Of a stretch of 64,000 bases of DNA, positions 50,183-63,000 are shown piece by piece (the stretch's first letter is position 1; each line of letters starts with the position of its first letter). The DNA is from Chara braunii (taxonomy: Eukaryota > Plantae > Charophyceae), in assembly GCA_003427395.1 (NCBI GenBank), contig BFEA01000001.1, forward strand, positions 1,050,348 through 1,114,347, in the 5' to 3' direction. The notes below the pieces were generated by a model. It was not told the DNA's origin. It worked only from the letters and a program-made list of their open reading frames with translations, and searched no databases. The position numbers were made by a program, and so were the translations under genes.

Positions 50183-50213
<31 letters not shown>

Positions 50214-50281
50214 AAGAAAGAGGGAGAGGGAGAAGAAGAAGAAGAAGAAGAAGAAGAAGAAGAAGAAGAAGAAGAAGAAGA
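50087..50281. repeat. (GAA)n/(GAGAGG)n purine microsatellite
   Basis: Seen directly. Confidence 0.97.
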
Positions 50282-51247
50282 TGATGAAGTAGTCAAATTG
50301 AAAAAAAAAATAAAAAAATGGTGAGCCACTCTGCTACATAATCCTGAACCCCGCTTCCAACACTCTTACACAAAGTACACTGCACAAGGAATGACTTCCA
50401 TGACTCTACATATGAAGGTACCAGCGTGGTCAATATTGCCATTTCTTTTCCTTTTCTTCTTTTTTTTTTCTCTTAAGAACGCCAAGGTTGCTGTAGGGGT
50501 TGGACTCGGACATGTAACGTCCCTTGGAAGTCGTCCCTACTGCTCACCGTGTATGAGGCACTTTTTTCCTACCTCTGCGGGATACCATGTTCTTCCTTGC
50601 ATTGACGTACTGCAAGCTGTGCTTGACCGGCTACACCCACTGCAGGCAATCCTACCGGGCACCTATTCAGGACACCTTGAAGGCTGAGGATGGCCGGTGA
50701 CCAGGGCGTGCCTAGAATCTATCAACAGGTAGGCCCCTGTTCCATCAAGAAGACTCGAGGCTGCATACTGCACTTTCTACTCCAATGCCAGCCTACCAGA
50801 GTCGCTTGGCTCAGCCTGCCCGCCTGGTTGCCTGCCCAGGGTACTCGGGTCACAGCAAAACGGGGTCATTGTTTTTGTGTCCACTGAGATGTGCCCAAAT
50901 CGAGAATTATCTTTGAGTTTGGTGGTCTCACTAAAGGTGGTGTATGGGGCATAAACGGGGCTCAAAGGGCCAATTGGGGGCAAGACGGAGGCAGCCTGGG
51001 TGGCCCGGCTGCTAGCCCAGCTATGATGCAATTTTTACCCCCTCCCTCCCTTCCTATTACAGCATCTCTAACGTACTCCTAGTCTAGCCTATCTGACTAT
51101 TCAGTTACCCATTTGTTTTTTTCCTTGGCACTCCCCTTGAAGCTGCCATTGCCATCTGGTATCTCTATGTCCCTTTGAAGCTCAGTCATCTGGTGTTGTA
51201 TGTGCCTGTCCTGCTTCCCTTTTCAACCCCTTGTGCCACACACACTT

Positions 51248-51766
51248 TACATCATGGCAACTGGCCAGACGTCTGGACCCGGGTCCAGATGGTCCGGTTG
51301 TCTGGGCCCGGGTCCGCCGTTCAGTTTGGCCCTTTTTGAGGGAAAATCAATTTTTTTTTTGGGGGCGCCTAGACCGTTGGTCGGGTCCTAGGCGGCCCCC
51401 AAATAATGCCCCCGCTGTTTTTAGGCTGTTTTGTGGCCTACCGGACACGCCAGACAGAGACAGTATGCTGCACATGTACGGGAGCTAGGGAAGGCGCGTT
51501 GGACAATGAGGGTAGAGCGGGAGGGCGCGGATTCGAAAACAGGGAAGGCACGTTGGACAATGAGGGTAGAGCGGGAAGGCACAGATTCGAGTTTTCGAAT
51601 CCGCTTTTGCTTGAGGGAAAGGTCGGTGCCCCCGCCAGAACCTGGTTTGGAGCTGCTGCCCTCGTCAAAGTCGTTGCCCACCCAACACCTCGTCGTCTGC
51701 CGTCGTCGCAGCTGCCAGACGTGCAAAGCTCCTAGCCAGCCGCTGAGGATCACGTCGCCCGCCCCA

Positions 51767-51812
<46 letters not shown>

Positions 51813-52359
51813 GATAAGGAAGCGGACTCTCTCTCAAAGATGATGGCGGCCATATCCAGAGGGGCGAGGAGTGGAATGCAAGGAGAACGAAGAGGTGGAT
51901 GAAGAGAGGGAGGAGGAGGAAGGGGACGGAGATCGGTAAGGACTCAGGAGGCAAAGGAGGAGAGGGAGGAGGACGAACAGGAGAGATGATTTTTCGTTTT
52001 TTTTCCCCTTCTTTTTGTTTTGTCAGGACTATCATCTTCACCCGAATACAATGCCTTCCCATTATGGCTGTATTTGGGGCAACTTACTGTCCACATACAA
52101 CGATAATGAGCGGGCGTTGTGTTAGGGTGAGGACAATGGTGGTGCTTTTTTTTTTCTCTTGATCTTTTGGCTCGGGACACGTCGTTTTCCCTGTATGGAG
52201 TGGAAGGCGGGAAGGGTTGGAGGACTACTATCAGGGTGTTGGGTCTGTTGACGGGGAATCAGGAAGAGGACGAGGGCCAACAAGGTGTCGAAGGAGGCGG
52301 AAGAGGAGGATGATGGACACCATTGATTGGTTGGTCAATTGACGGCGTTCATTCTATCG

Positions 52360-52400
<41 letters not shown>

Positions 52401-52805
52401 GAAACACTTGATTGATTGATTGATTGATCGATAGATTGGACGTCGCCAATCAAACGATCAATCAATGGCATTCCTCTCCTCCTCCCCCTCCTCCTCCTCT
52501 TCCTCCGCCTCCTCCAACACCTTTATGGCCCTCGTCCTCTTCCCCGCTTCCTCGTCAGCAGACCCAACACCCTGATAGTAGTCCTCAAACCCTCCCCNNN
52601 NNNNNNNNNNNNNNNNNNNNNNNNNNNNNNNNNNNNNNNNNNNNNNNNNNNNNNNNNNNNNNNNNNNNNNNNNNNNNGGTCCGGGTCCAGTCTTGTCCGG
52701 CTGTCTGGTGCCTGTCCGGATTACCAGATGTCTGGACCGGTCCAGACAAATGTCCAGGCCTCAGTCCAGACATGTCCGGGTCCGGGTCCGCCGTTGCCAT
52801 GTTCT
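51248..52805. mobile_element. Non-autonomous TIR element, hAT-like
   Basis: Inverted CATGGCAAC (51253-51261) and GTTGCCATG (52793-52801) with clustered subterminal CCGGGTCC/TCTGGAC motifs at both ends; no TSD found; contains a gap. Confidence 0.55.
52205..52597. repeat. Roughly 390-bp imperfect inverted repeat with an (ATCA)n/(TGAT)n core
   Basis: GAGGACTACTATCAGGGTGTTGGGTCTG is mirrored by CAGACCCAACACCCTGATAGTAGTCCTC; core CTATCGATCAATC...GATTGATCGATAG. Confidence 0.9.
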
Positions 52806-53049
52806 GAAATCATGAATTATTTTCGAATAAATTCAATTAATCCACGCTGGAATTAATCTCTTTATTCGGAATCAATTATCCTTTTTTCAAAATTTTAACA
52901 TTGCAAAATATCTTTCTTCAATTTCATCAATTATTCTTGACAAAATTCAATTAATCTAAAATTATTCGGAATTAATTCCTTCTTTTTTGCCCATTACTTT
53001 TTCAATAAAACTTTCACAATCCTCTTCATTTTGTAAGTAAAAGCCTTCA

Positions 53050-56000
53050 CCCCAACACCTCGAGCAAAGTTGCTGAAGCCGCTGCCACCTCATCCGCTGC
53101 TGCCACTTCAACCACTGCCGCCGCTGTCACCTCATCCTCTGCTGCCACTTCCATCGCTGCCTTCACCGCATCACCCCCCACCACCCCCATGGCTGATTCC
53201 TCTAGTATCAACATGTCCCCCACGCACACCCAGTCTGTCGGTAGTCTCGCCTGTGAATTTGCAGGCCAACAACGAGCCGGTCCCGCCATCGCCACCGACC
53301 TCTCGGCCATCCTCCAAATGTTCTCCACCGTCCAAACCTCCCTCACCGACATGCAAGCCACTATCTCCGCTCTCTCCGACCGCATGACCGCCTTCGAGCA
53401 ACAAGCCCAGGCCATTACCGTGTTAAGTACAACTCCACCCCCTTCCACATCCGAACCGCCCACCTCCTCCACTCCGACCTCCACCACCACGCCTCCCTGC
53501 ACCTCTCCTCCTCCTTTGTCATCATCAACCACCCCGTCCTCCAACAACTCTACCCCACCCTCCACTTCCTCCACTTTCACCCCGCCATCACACACCTTTC
53601 CTCCCTCCCTCCTCACCAACACATCTCTGCTTTTATCCTGACCACTTCGACCATCTCATCCATCCCGCTCACCTACGCGCAAGTCACCGACATCCCCTAT
53701 GCGTCATCCTCTACGCTCCTCCCCGCCTTCCCCAAGCCTCCCCCAAACAACCTGATCCCTACCCACCCCACAGATGACTACACTCGCATCGCAACCCCAC
53801 CCACATCCTCTGACTTCAACACCCTCGCACGCCGTGTCCCCCAAACCGGCTACCTTCCCCCATCCCTCCGCCTCCAAGCCATTCCCACCTTCTCCGGACA
53901 CTCCCATGACGACGTTCTCCTCTTCCTCGCCAAGTTACAGCAAGCTTGCGAACTCCACAACGTCCCCCTTATCCACTGACTTTCCATTGCCGTCAACAAA
54001 CTCGTCGACACCGCCCATCGAAGGTGGATCACTGAATCCGCCAACCGACACTCCGTCGGCTTACTTCCCCTCTCCTTCCTCGAGCGGGCCTCCCTCCTCT
54101 CCACCACCTTCCGCCCGCAAAAGACAATCGACGACTATGTCAACCAGTTTTGCAGGCTTCGCCAAAACGCCCCCACCGACCGCTTCGTCCAATATGTCTG
54201 TACCCTCTGCCAAAACATTCCCCACGATCGTCTTCTCTTCCCCGTTTGCGGTCCCACCAACTCCCGTCCACGCTTCTTTCACAACATCTCGCAGATGAGA
54301 CCATAGCGTCCCCTTTCGACGACGAGTTCACAGCCCCTCTCGTTGAGCTCGACACCATCTCCGACTCCTCCGCCCCGGTGTCCCTCAATTCGGAGGAACT
54401 CAACACCATCCAGTTCTTGCGTATGGAACGCAAGGACCGCATGGCTCGACCATCTTCCTCCACCCCCCGTCACAAGAAACACAATCGAGGAACACGCCTA
54501 CCTGGAGCCCAACAATGGCTGCTTCCACTGCTGGCAGCTTGGACACCAGCAAACAAACTGCCCCAACGCCGGCCAGTTCACTTGACACGTGAACAAACCT
54601 GCGGCATCCACTCATTCGGCAGCCGCGGGACCCGGCCCCTCCTCAACATGACCTCTGTACCCTTGATCTAGGCGTGCACCTTACTCCACCGGCACCACCC
54701 CGGCCAGTTCACTTGACACGTAAACAAACCTGCGACATCCACTCATTCGGCCGCCGCGGGACCGCGGGACCCGGCCCCTCCTCAACATGACCTCTGTACC
54801 CTTGATCTAGGCGTGCACCTTACTCCACCGGCACCACCCCGGCCAGTTCACTTGACACGTAAACAAACCTGCGACATCCACTCATTCGGCCGCCGCGGGA
54901 CCGCGGGACCCGGCCCCTCCTCAACATGACCTTTGTACCCTCGATCTCGACGTGCACCTTACTCCACCGGCACCATCCTCTACCCCATAGGACAAGATCA
55001 TCACCGCCTCATGCTCTTCCACCCTCCTCCCCAACCCTTCATCCATCTCCTTCTCCGATGTTGTTGCAAAACAAGCACGACTCGATCGGCTCGTTAAGTT
55101 AGGCCTCGAACAACGCCGCCTCAACACCATGATCTCATCCGCCTCCGTCGACTCCTCCCGAATTCCAACTCAAATTCGTCGCCGCCTCTCTCCTTGACAT
55201 CGGAGCTACCGACAACTTCATCACGAATGCTTGTGCCCACAAAGCCGGTCTCCCTTCCACTGGCTATGACTCCCCGATCACCATTCGACTCGGGGACAAG
55301 GACACCGCCATCGTAGTAGACCGCACTGTTCCCAAGACCACAATGATTGTCGGCTCTCTCCGCAGTTAGGTCTCATTCGATGTCACACACTTGACGTGCG
55401 ACATCGTCCTGGGAACCCCATGGCTCGACCGTTTCATGCCCTACGCATTCCATCCCACCTTCTTTCGCATCACCACACCCGCTGACTCTACCCTTGACAT
55501 TCCCTACTTTCCCCACCCTACCTCCCAACCTTCCCTCACTCCCCACCAGTTTCATCACATGGCTCGTCACAACCCCGACTCTACCTATTATTGTTTTGTC
55601 CTTGACGATGAGCGTCCCGAGAACTTACTTCCGACGGACAAACCCGACCAAGCCCCCCCTTCCGACCCTGCTCTTACCTCTATCCTCGAGGAGATCAAGG
55701 ACGTCTTTCCCGAGTCCTTGCCCGCCGGACTACCTCCAGATCGTGGTGTCTCTCATACCATTGGTTTGGAACCCGGTCACACTCCTCCATGCCGACCACC
55801 CTACCAGCTCTCCGTTCCAAAGGCTGAAGAAATGAAGCGACAACTCAATGACCTCCTTGAAAAAGGATTCATTAAGCCAAGCTCCTCCCCCTTCAGTACA
55901 AGTTGCCTTTTCGTCAAGAAAGGCGGAACCTCCAAACTCCGCATGTGCACAGACTACCGCGCCCTCATTAGGATCACAATCAAGAACAAGTACCCCTTGC

Positions 56001-59000
56001 CTCACATCTCCAAGCTTCTTGATCGCCTCCATGGAGCCAAGTACTTCACATAGATCGACCTCCAAAGTGGCTTCCACCAGATCCGCATTCGTGAAGAGGA
56101 TACTCACTCCGCTCTCGCTTTGGGCATTATGAGTTCCTTGTGATGCCTTTCGGCCTCACAAATGCCCCAGCGACCTACCAGTCTACTATAAATCACATCC
56201 TTCGTGATCTTCTTGAAGTCTCTGTCGTCGACTATCTTGATGATATCCTAGTCTTGCTGCCTCAAGCGTAGAATACCTTGGCCACATTGTATCCGCTGAC
56301 GGTATCCTCATGGACCCCTCGAAGGTCACCGCCCCTGTCGAGTTTCCCCCACCTACGACCTTGCTGCAACTTCGTTCCTTCCTCGGTTTTGCCAATTACT
56401 ACTGCCCCCTCATCCGAGACTTCTTTGAAATCTCCTACCCTCTCCACGAGCTCACTCGAAAGAACGAGCCTTTTGCATGCAACAAATGTCGTCAAGCCGC
56501 CTTCAACCTCCTCAAACAAGTCATTACCACAACCCGTCCCCAAGATTGTTGACCCCTCTCGACACTTCTATGTTACCACCGATGCCACAGACTTTGCTAT
56601 TGGAGCCGTCCTGTCCCAACACTTCCCCTGCGACATCCCGAACCCCCCCTCCATCAAGGATTCCGCCACCCACTCTGGGGCTCCACTCGGCGAATATCCT
56701 ATCGCATTTGCGAGCAAGAAGCTCATCCTCGTGGAGATGAACCATCCCTCCAATGAGAAGGACCTTTTCGCCGTCATCCATGCCCTCAAAGTTTGGCGCC
56801 CATACCTCGATGGTCAGCACTTCACTATCCGCACCAACAACACCATCGTCTCAAGCATACTCACCACGAAAGATATCACACCCCGCCAAGCTCGATGGTT
56901 AGACTTTCTCGCTCAATATTCATTTACCATCTGTCACACCCCCGACAAAAGCAACCGTGTCGTTGATGCCCTCTCTCGACGACCCGATCACAAGCCCCCT
57001 GAGAAAGTTCACGCCGCCATGGCTCATGTTCAGCTCCTACCTTTACTCCACCACCGATATACTCACGAGTTTCCATCATGCCCGATTTCTCTACCATCTA
57101 TAACAAGCTTCCCGACCTCGACACCGCCCCCGACCACTCCTTCTACGACAACCTCTTGTACATTAACACTAAAGACACCCGCCGACTTTGTATCCCTGAC
57201 GCACGTGGTCTTCATACCCAACTCTTGGCCGAACACCACAATGCCAAGACGCAGGACACCTTGGTTTTCATAAGACATTTGATACCTGTCTCGCTACTTC
57301 TACTGGCCCTCACTCCTCGCCGACATCAAAGCATACATCCGCTCATGCCCCACTTGTCAAGCAGTCAATCCCTCAAACCAGGCCAAGCCTGGCAAGCTCC
57401 AGTCATTGCCCATCCCCACCATAGGTGGCATTCCATCTCTATGGATTTTGTGTGCAGTCTCCCCAAAGACCGACCGCGGCTATGACTGCATCTACATCAT
57501 TGTCTGCCGCTTGACCAAGCGGGCCCATTTCATCCCTTGCACCACTTCCCACAATGCCAAAGATGTTGCCACACTTTTCTTCGATCATGTCGCACGCCAT
57601 CACAGTCTCCTTGAAAACATCATCACTCCTTTCCCAATTATGGAAAAACCTATTCAAAGCCTACAACACCACTCTCAAGTATAACATTGAATTCCATCCC
57701 CAGACCGATGGCCAGACCGAAAAGATGAACGATACTCTCCACGGAAGTATTGTCATCCACATCAGCACGACTGGGATCGGTTGCTCACTGCTGCCGAGAT
57801 TGCCTACAACAACGGTGTCTGCCCTTCCACTAGCATGTCCCCATATTACCTTGACCTTGGCTACCATCCCCGCTTGCCCTCAGACTTCTTGCTCCCCTCG
57901 CAGCTCAACCCATCCATTCTCTGTCCTTCTCTCACTGAATGGGTTGCAACAATGAACCGCCTCCTCAGAGAAGCCACTCACGTCCTTGAAAGAACCCAAC
58001 AACAACGAGCCAACAGGGCCAGCAAGCACAGACGAGATATCACATTCAAAGTAGAGGGCGTCTGACTCTCCGCCAAACACTTTGAACTCGAACTTGGCTT
58101 GTCCAAGAAACTCTCAAACAAATGGCCCGGTCCATTCCCTGTCATTGAACAAACATCCCTGTAAATTACAAACTTCAACTACCCCCTGACATGAGTCGTG
58201 CTCACCCTGTCTTCCACGTCGAGTACTTGAAAGAATACCATGGATCGCCTCCACAGTTCGCCAACCGCCCTATCCTAGACCCCCACCAATCATGCTACCT
58301 ACCGGGCCAGAATTCGCGGTAGAATCTATCATAGGACGAAGAACAACTCAAGTATTCAATCATCCAATCACCCGGAACCAATCACTGAATACAAAGTCAA
58401 ATGGACCGGATACCCAGATGAAGAATCTACATGGGAACCCCTCAATAATCTCAAGAACGCCATGAAACTTGGTCGTGCTTATGATCGTGCTCACCCTATA
58501 TGCTAGCAATATACTTCGTATAAAACCCATATACTCTGCATAAACCCTGCCTCATGGCTCTACACACATCCCCTGCACCCAGCAGAAGACCTGCCCCTCT
58601 ACCTCTCTCTGTCTGACCCGCTCTTGCCTTTGTCTTGTTCCCCCATCTGTCCTCTGCCACATCCTCTGTCTCTCTTGTCCAAAGCCTTACCCATGGCTCC
58701 TGCGCATCGCCGACGATAAAGGATCTAATGGCAAGGGCACGAGGACAATGGCCTGCTGCAGCACAGTTCAAGGGGATTAAGCAGCTGGTTGGCCACCATG
58801 CTGTCCCATTGGCCGGCACCTAGACTCGCAGACTTTTGGAGCAGCACTCTTGACATGGACATCAGGATCAGTCTGAGACCTGCTATCCGGATCAGACTTC
58901 ATCGTGTACCGGATGCACACTGGCACTTGGACCTTCATCTATTGGACTGCTACACTACTACTTTCAAGCCGTAACCCTCGCTACTACACGTCGCAAGCCT

Positions 59001-60020
59001 GCTGAAGACCGGTTTATCATCAGCATTTTGTACCTGCACTTACTTCAAGACCTGCTTCAAGACTCTCAGTGAGACCGTTTTGCAAAACCTGCGATTTCCC
59101 CCACAAAGAAACCCCAGCCCCTGAACACTGCAAAATAATTTTCCTTTCTTTATTTTTGCTCACAGAACCCTTTCGCCCAATAGCCCATCAGTACGACAAC
59201 CCTGTTCCCCCGTCAGATCATAACCCTGTAGTCCATCAGTAGGACAACCCTTTTCCCCTGCAGTTCCTAACCCTGTAGTTCATTAGTAGACACTTTTTTT
59301 CCTCTCAGTAGTCCATCAATACGCATAACCCGTAGCTCACTAGTGGGAAAACCCTGTTTCCCCCGACCTTGTCATCCACATTATACCCCTCTTCCTACTC
59401 TTGATGCTTCCCAGTGATCGGTCCCGTCCCATCCTTCACAGGATTCAGCATTATTTTCATGACTTTTGGCAGCCGGGACGTTGCCTTCTAGAGGGAGGGG
59501 ATAGTGCTACAGCCTCTGCCATGGCTCGATCCCTGGTCTGTGGATTACCACCCGCCAGCTTGCTGTATTTATGCTTTTTTTTTGTTTTTTTAACTTTTTA
59601 CACTTTTCTTGTTTTATTTTGTTTTTGCTCTTCTGATTTCAGACAGTTGGCACCATCTGCATTCTGGCGCCCGTTTTCAAAATCCTTCTTTTGGGATTTC
59701 CGGATTTTGGACACTTGGCGCCATCCGACATTCTGGCGCCCACTCTAAGACTTTCGATTTTCAGTTCTGGCCCCGACGCATTTTCACTTTCGCCTCAGGA
59801 CCGTAGTTGAGTCCGATACTTATGTGCAGACTCGAGCCCAGTACGGGCACCAAGTTTTCAGCCTCAATGCTTGTGTTCAGTGCGACTTTGCTTCGACATT
59901 GTGTTCGGGATTCAAGACTGCGATTTTGCGACTTTTGCCACTTTGTGTCTGCATCCGTCGAGTCGTGTCGAGTCTGTGTCGAGTTGAGTGAGCGTGTGTG
60001 CTCTCACTCTCCCTCCCTTT
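53050..60020 (+). mobile_element. Ty3/Gypsy chromovirus, decayed; partial 3' LTR from 59505, 5' LTR not seen
   Basis: CFHCWQLGHQQTNC, LLDIGATDNF, RMCTDYRAL, TTDATDFAIGAVLSQ, HPQTDGQTE, chromodomain EYKVKWTGYPDEESTWEP (about 58310-58500), PPT AGAGGGAGGGGA at 59490-59501. Confidence 0.9.
54569..54975 (+). repeat. Three tandem units of about 130-140 bp at the gag/pol junction
   Basis: CCGGCCAGTTCACTTGACACGT...CTTACTCCACCGGCACCA three times. Confidence 0.92.
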
Positions 60021-60029
60021 CCCAGCCTC

Positions 60030-63000
60030 GCTGCTCTGCCTCCGCCTCGTCACAATACCCATATTCTCCCACGGTTTCTCAGAGGCAATGCCAAGATGGA
60101 CAGGGAAGGAACACGGCCTCCACTTCTTCACTCCTCCATTGGACGTGCCTCCCTTGTTGGCCACGACAATGGTAATCACCCTTTCCTGACTCACCGCCAT
60201 TTCCTTTTTCACCGCCATTGTCTCGTCATAAAAAGGACAAGGAGGTGGTCCTATCGCTTTTGTCTCCACTAAATTCTCTTCCCCGTCCCACCAGATTGTC
60301 CACCCTTAACTGCACCGGTATACATACCTTTCTCTTGGGAGGTCATATGCTCCCGCTACAAAACAAGATCATGAAATTGGCGATACGTGTACTTACCCAA
60401 CCTCAGCGACTGATTGACCCCATATGGGTTCAACAAGTGATCGGGAGTAGGTATAGAGTACCTGGTCATCATGCATGTTCAGACCAGGGACTCACAATAA
60501 CTTATCTACTTCCCTAGACAATGTATCAACGAACGTCCAATTTTGTTGTCCAATGGTAGTAAGTTGATCAAAAGCCTTATCGGCTGTGGTTTTGTCTAGC
60601 CTTAATCTTCTTTAGAGTTCTTTGAGATTCGAAGTCTTAGCCCAGTCCCGAATAAATTCAGAACCAGCAGCATTGGCTTCAGATAACACCCAGGCCTTTG
60701 CGTCTTCCCCGGGACATGAGGTCATAAATGTCACCTGGCTGTCTTCATCTACTGGGGTTGTTGAACAGTAGGTCTGAATTTCTGCAATCCATAATAGTAG
60801 GTTCTTCTGCTTTTCACCGGTGTAGATGAACGACAACTTCATCTTCATTGTTTATTTCTTCTTTGATTTTTCTACCCCTGCGGGACGTTGGACTTTCATC
60901 GCATCTTTCAACAACTTCCCCCTTAGGTGGTTCCTTCCCATCTTCTTCTTCCTCTTCTCTAGTCAGTTTGTTCTTTCCTTAGACTAGATTGGTCATTGTG
61001 GAAGTTCAGCGCTCAACTGTTCCTTCTCCATAATGACACGATCTAGTTTGGTCTCAAGATGAGGCAGGTACGTCATCAAATTCTCGAACATGGATGCCAT
61101 GTCAGTTTCTGATTCCAGCTTCGTTTTTCGAACTTTTTCCTTTTATTTGTTCTAGCCTCTTTTACTGCTGTGCTTTCTCCTTTTTCTCCTTTACATAGAA
61201 CAGTTCTGCAATGGTGTCATCCATTATCTGAATATTCAGTTCTTCTCCTTGATTCTTAGGGCTGCTTAGTCCTTCTTCTCTCACCTTCCTTTCTTCTTTC
61301 CTTCTTTCTTCAACACCCCTTGTGCTTCAAGCTTGCTCAGCGACAAATTGATCAAGGCTAAACGAGCCTGATTAATGAGCCGCTGCATTCTCCCGCTGAC
61401 TTCCACCAGTGTGACAGCAGTATCAGGCTGCTCCAGTTCTTCTTTTGGCGCACACAGATTGAACTGTCCGTGAACATGCTGTTACGCTGCTGGTCGAGTG
61501 GAGTGTGCTTCAAAGAGCAACTGATGCAGCCTGCATAACATCTGTGCTCTTTTAGCTTTTATCTGTCCCTTCGTCTTCACATATTCCTCTCCCTCTTCTT
61601 GATCAGCGAGAAATGTGAAGTAAACAGGAAAGAAGAATAGAGGAATGAATCTGGTCAGGATGGATGCACGCAAACGCTTCCAGAGGTAAGTCGTGTTTGC
61701 AAATGACTATGGCGCACAATAATAAAAATAAATAAATACTCAGAAATCTGCAATAATTCATCTCAGAACATGCATCAGTCATGCGTGTGGGACACCACTT
61801 TGGTCAAAGGCTGACGAAGGGGTCAAAGGCCACGCCCAAGTCAAAACTGCCCGAAAGAAGGCTGGGGTACCCGAAACGCGGCCTCAAACTGGCCTTCAGA
61901 GGCCCACCGTGCGACAGTTGACCAACGAAAGTCAACAACCAACAGCAGCTCGGAAATTTAGGCCCACGAGTCAAAGTCAACATAGACCCAGTCCAGGCCG
62001 CCAATCAGAAACACACCTTGGCTGTTTGCAAGTATCCGTAAGGAATCAAGTCCAACTGGGAATCTGCGACTGTACAGGATCCAGTCCATTGGCTGCGAGA
62101 CAATCTGGGCCATTGTATCTGGCAGACCAGAGGCTGGTCAACTGGAGTCGACACTATATGTTGACCCAGCACCTGCTTACCGACATTCAGTCTTGCACAT
62201 GCTGCTTGACGCTGGCTGGACGCTAGCTTGATGATGGCACCACACTGGCTGGACGCTGATGCGACGATGCAGAACTGCTATTGCTGTATGCTGGCGCCAT
62301 TCTCTGTCTTCGACGCCAGCTAAATACTTGACTATGCTGACGTGGCTCTCGCCACACCGATTATGACATTGATGGGGTACTGGCGAGGAGGATAAGGATC
62401 AGGGCTGTGAGATTAATCGATGTGGAGGAAGCTTACCTGTCTGCATTCGTGGTCGACATTGTGCACTGCTGTCCGTCTTCATAAGGTGTCTCCGCTGACA
62501 AGCGCCATGATGGGATCAGCTCATTGTTAGAGTGTGTCGGAGAGGACTGTCTGCTGACGTGGTGAGAGGGAGATGCCTGAAGAGGAAGTGGTATTGTGAG
62601 GGATATATCTGCTATGTTGATGGGTTCTTTCTCTTCCACCTTCTAAGTCTTATCTCCCTTCCGCCTACCTCTTCTCTGGTGACCTGACATTGGGCTACCT
62701 GACTATAGGTACGATTTTTGGAGACATTGAAACTGCGCTGAGACATTCTGTGTTTCAACATTGACAAGCTTCTCTTCCGATTGGGTTCATTGCAAATTCT
62801 AAATAACGATTTTTAATCTGTTTCTAAATCTGAGCCTGCTAATTATGCCTGATGATGTTCTAATTTGAGTTATTGTGCAGGGAAGTCCTAAGCCACAGCC
62901 AGGGGGATCAAGACACAACACCAAAGTTAGTCTGCAACATCCACAAGACAACAGCCCACAACAGGTAAGTATGCAATGTGCAATAAACAGCACCAATGGC

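Larger units (their letters stand above)
38668..50338 (-). mobile_element. Ty3/Gypsy element with a PHD finger and an extra 3' ORF; terminal structure atypical
   Basis: gag-PR-RT-RH-PHD-INT on minus; candidate TSD TAATC at 38663-38667 and 50339-50343; direct repeat about 38764-39036 and 49840-50087. Boundaries are less certain than the internal call. Confidence 0.85.

Noticed and set aside
61482-61673. ORF as an upstream polymerase exon
   Set aside because: No polymerase motifs; it lies in the gag/leader region of the minus-strand LTR element.
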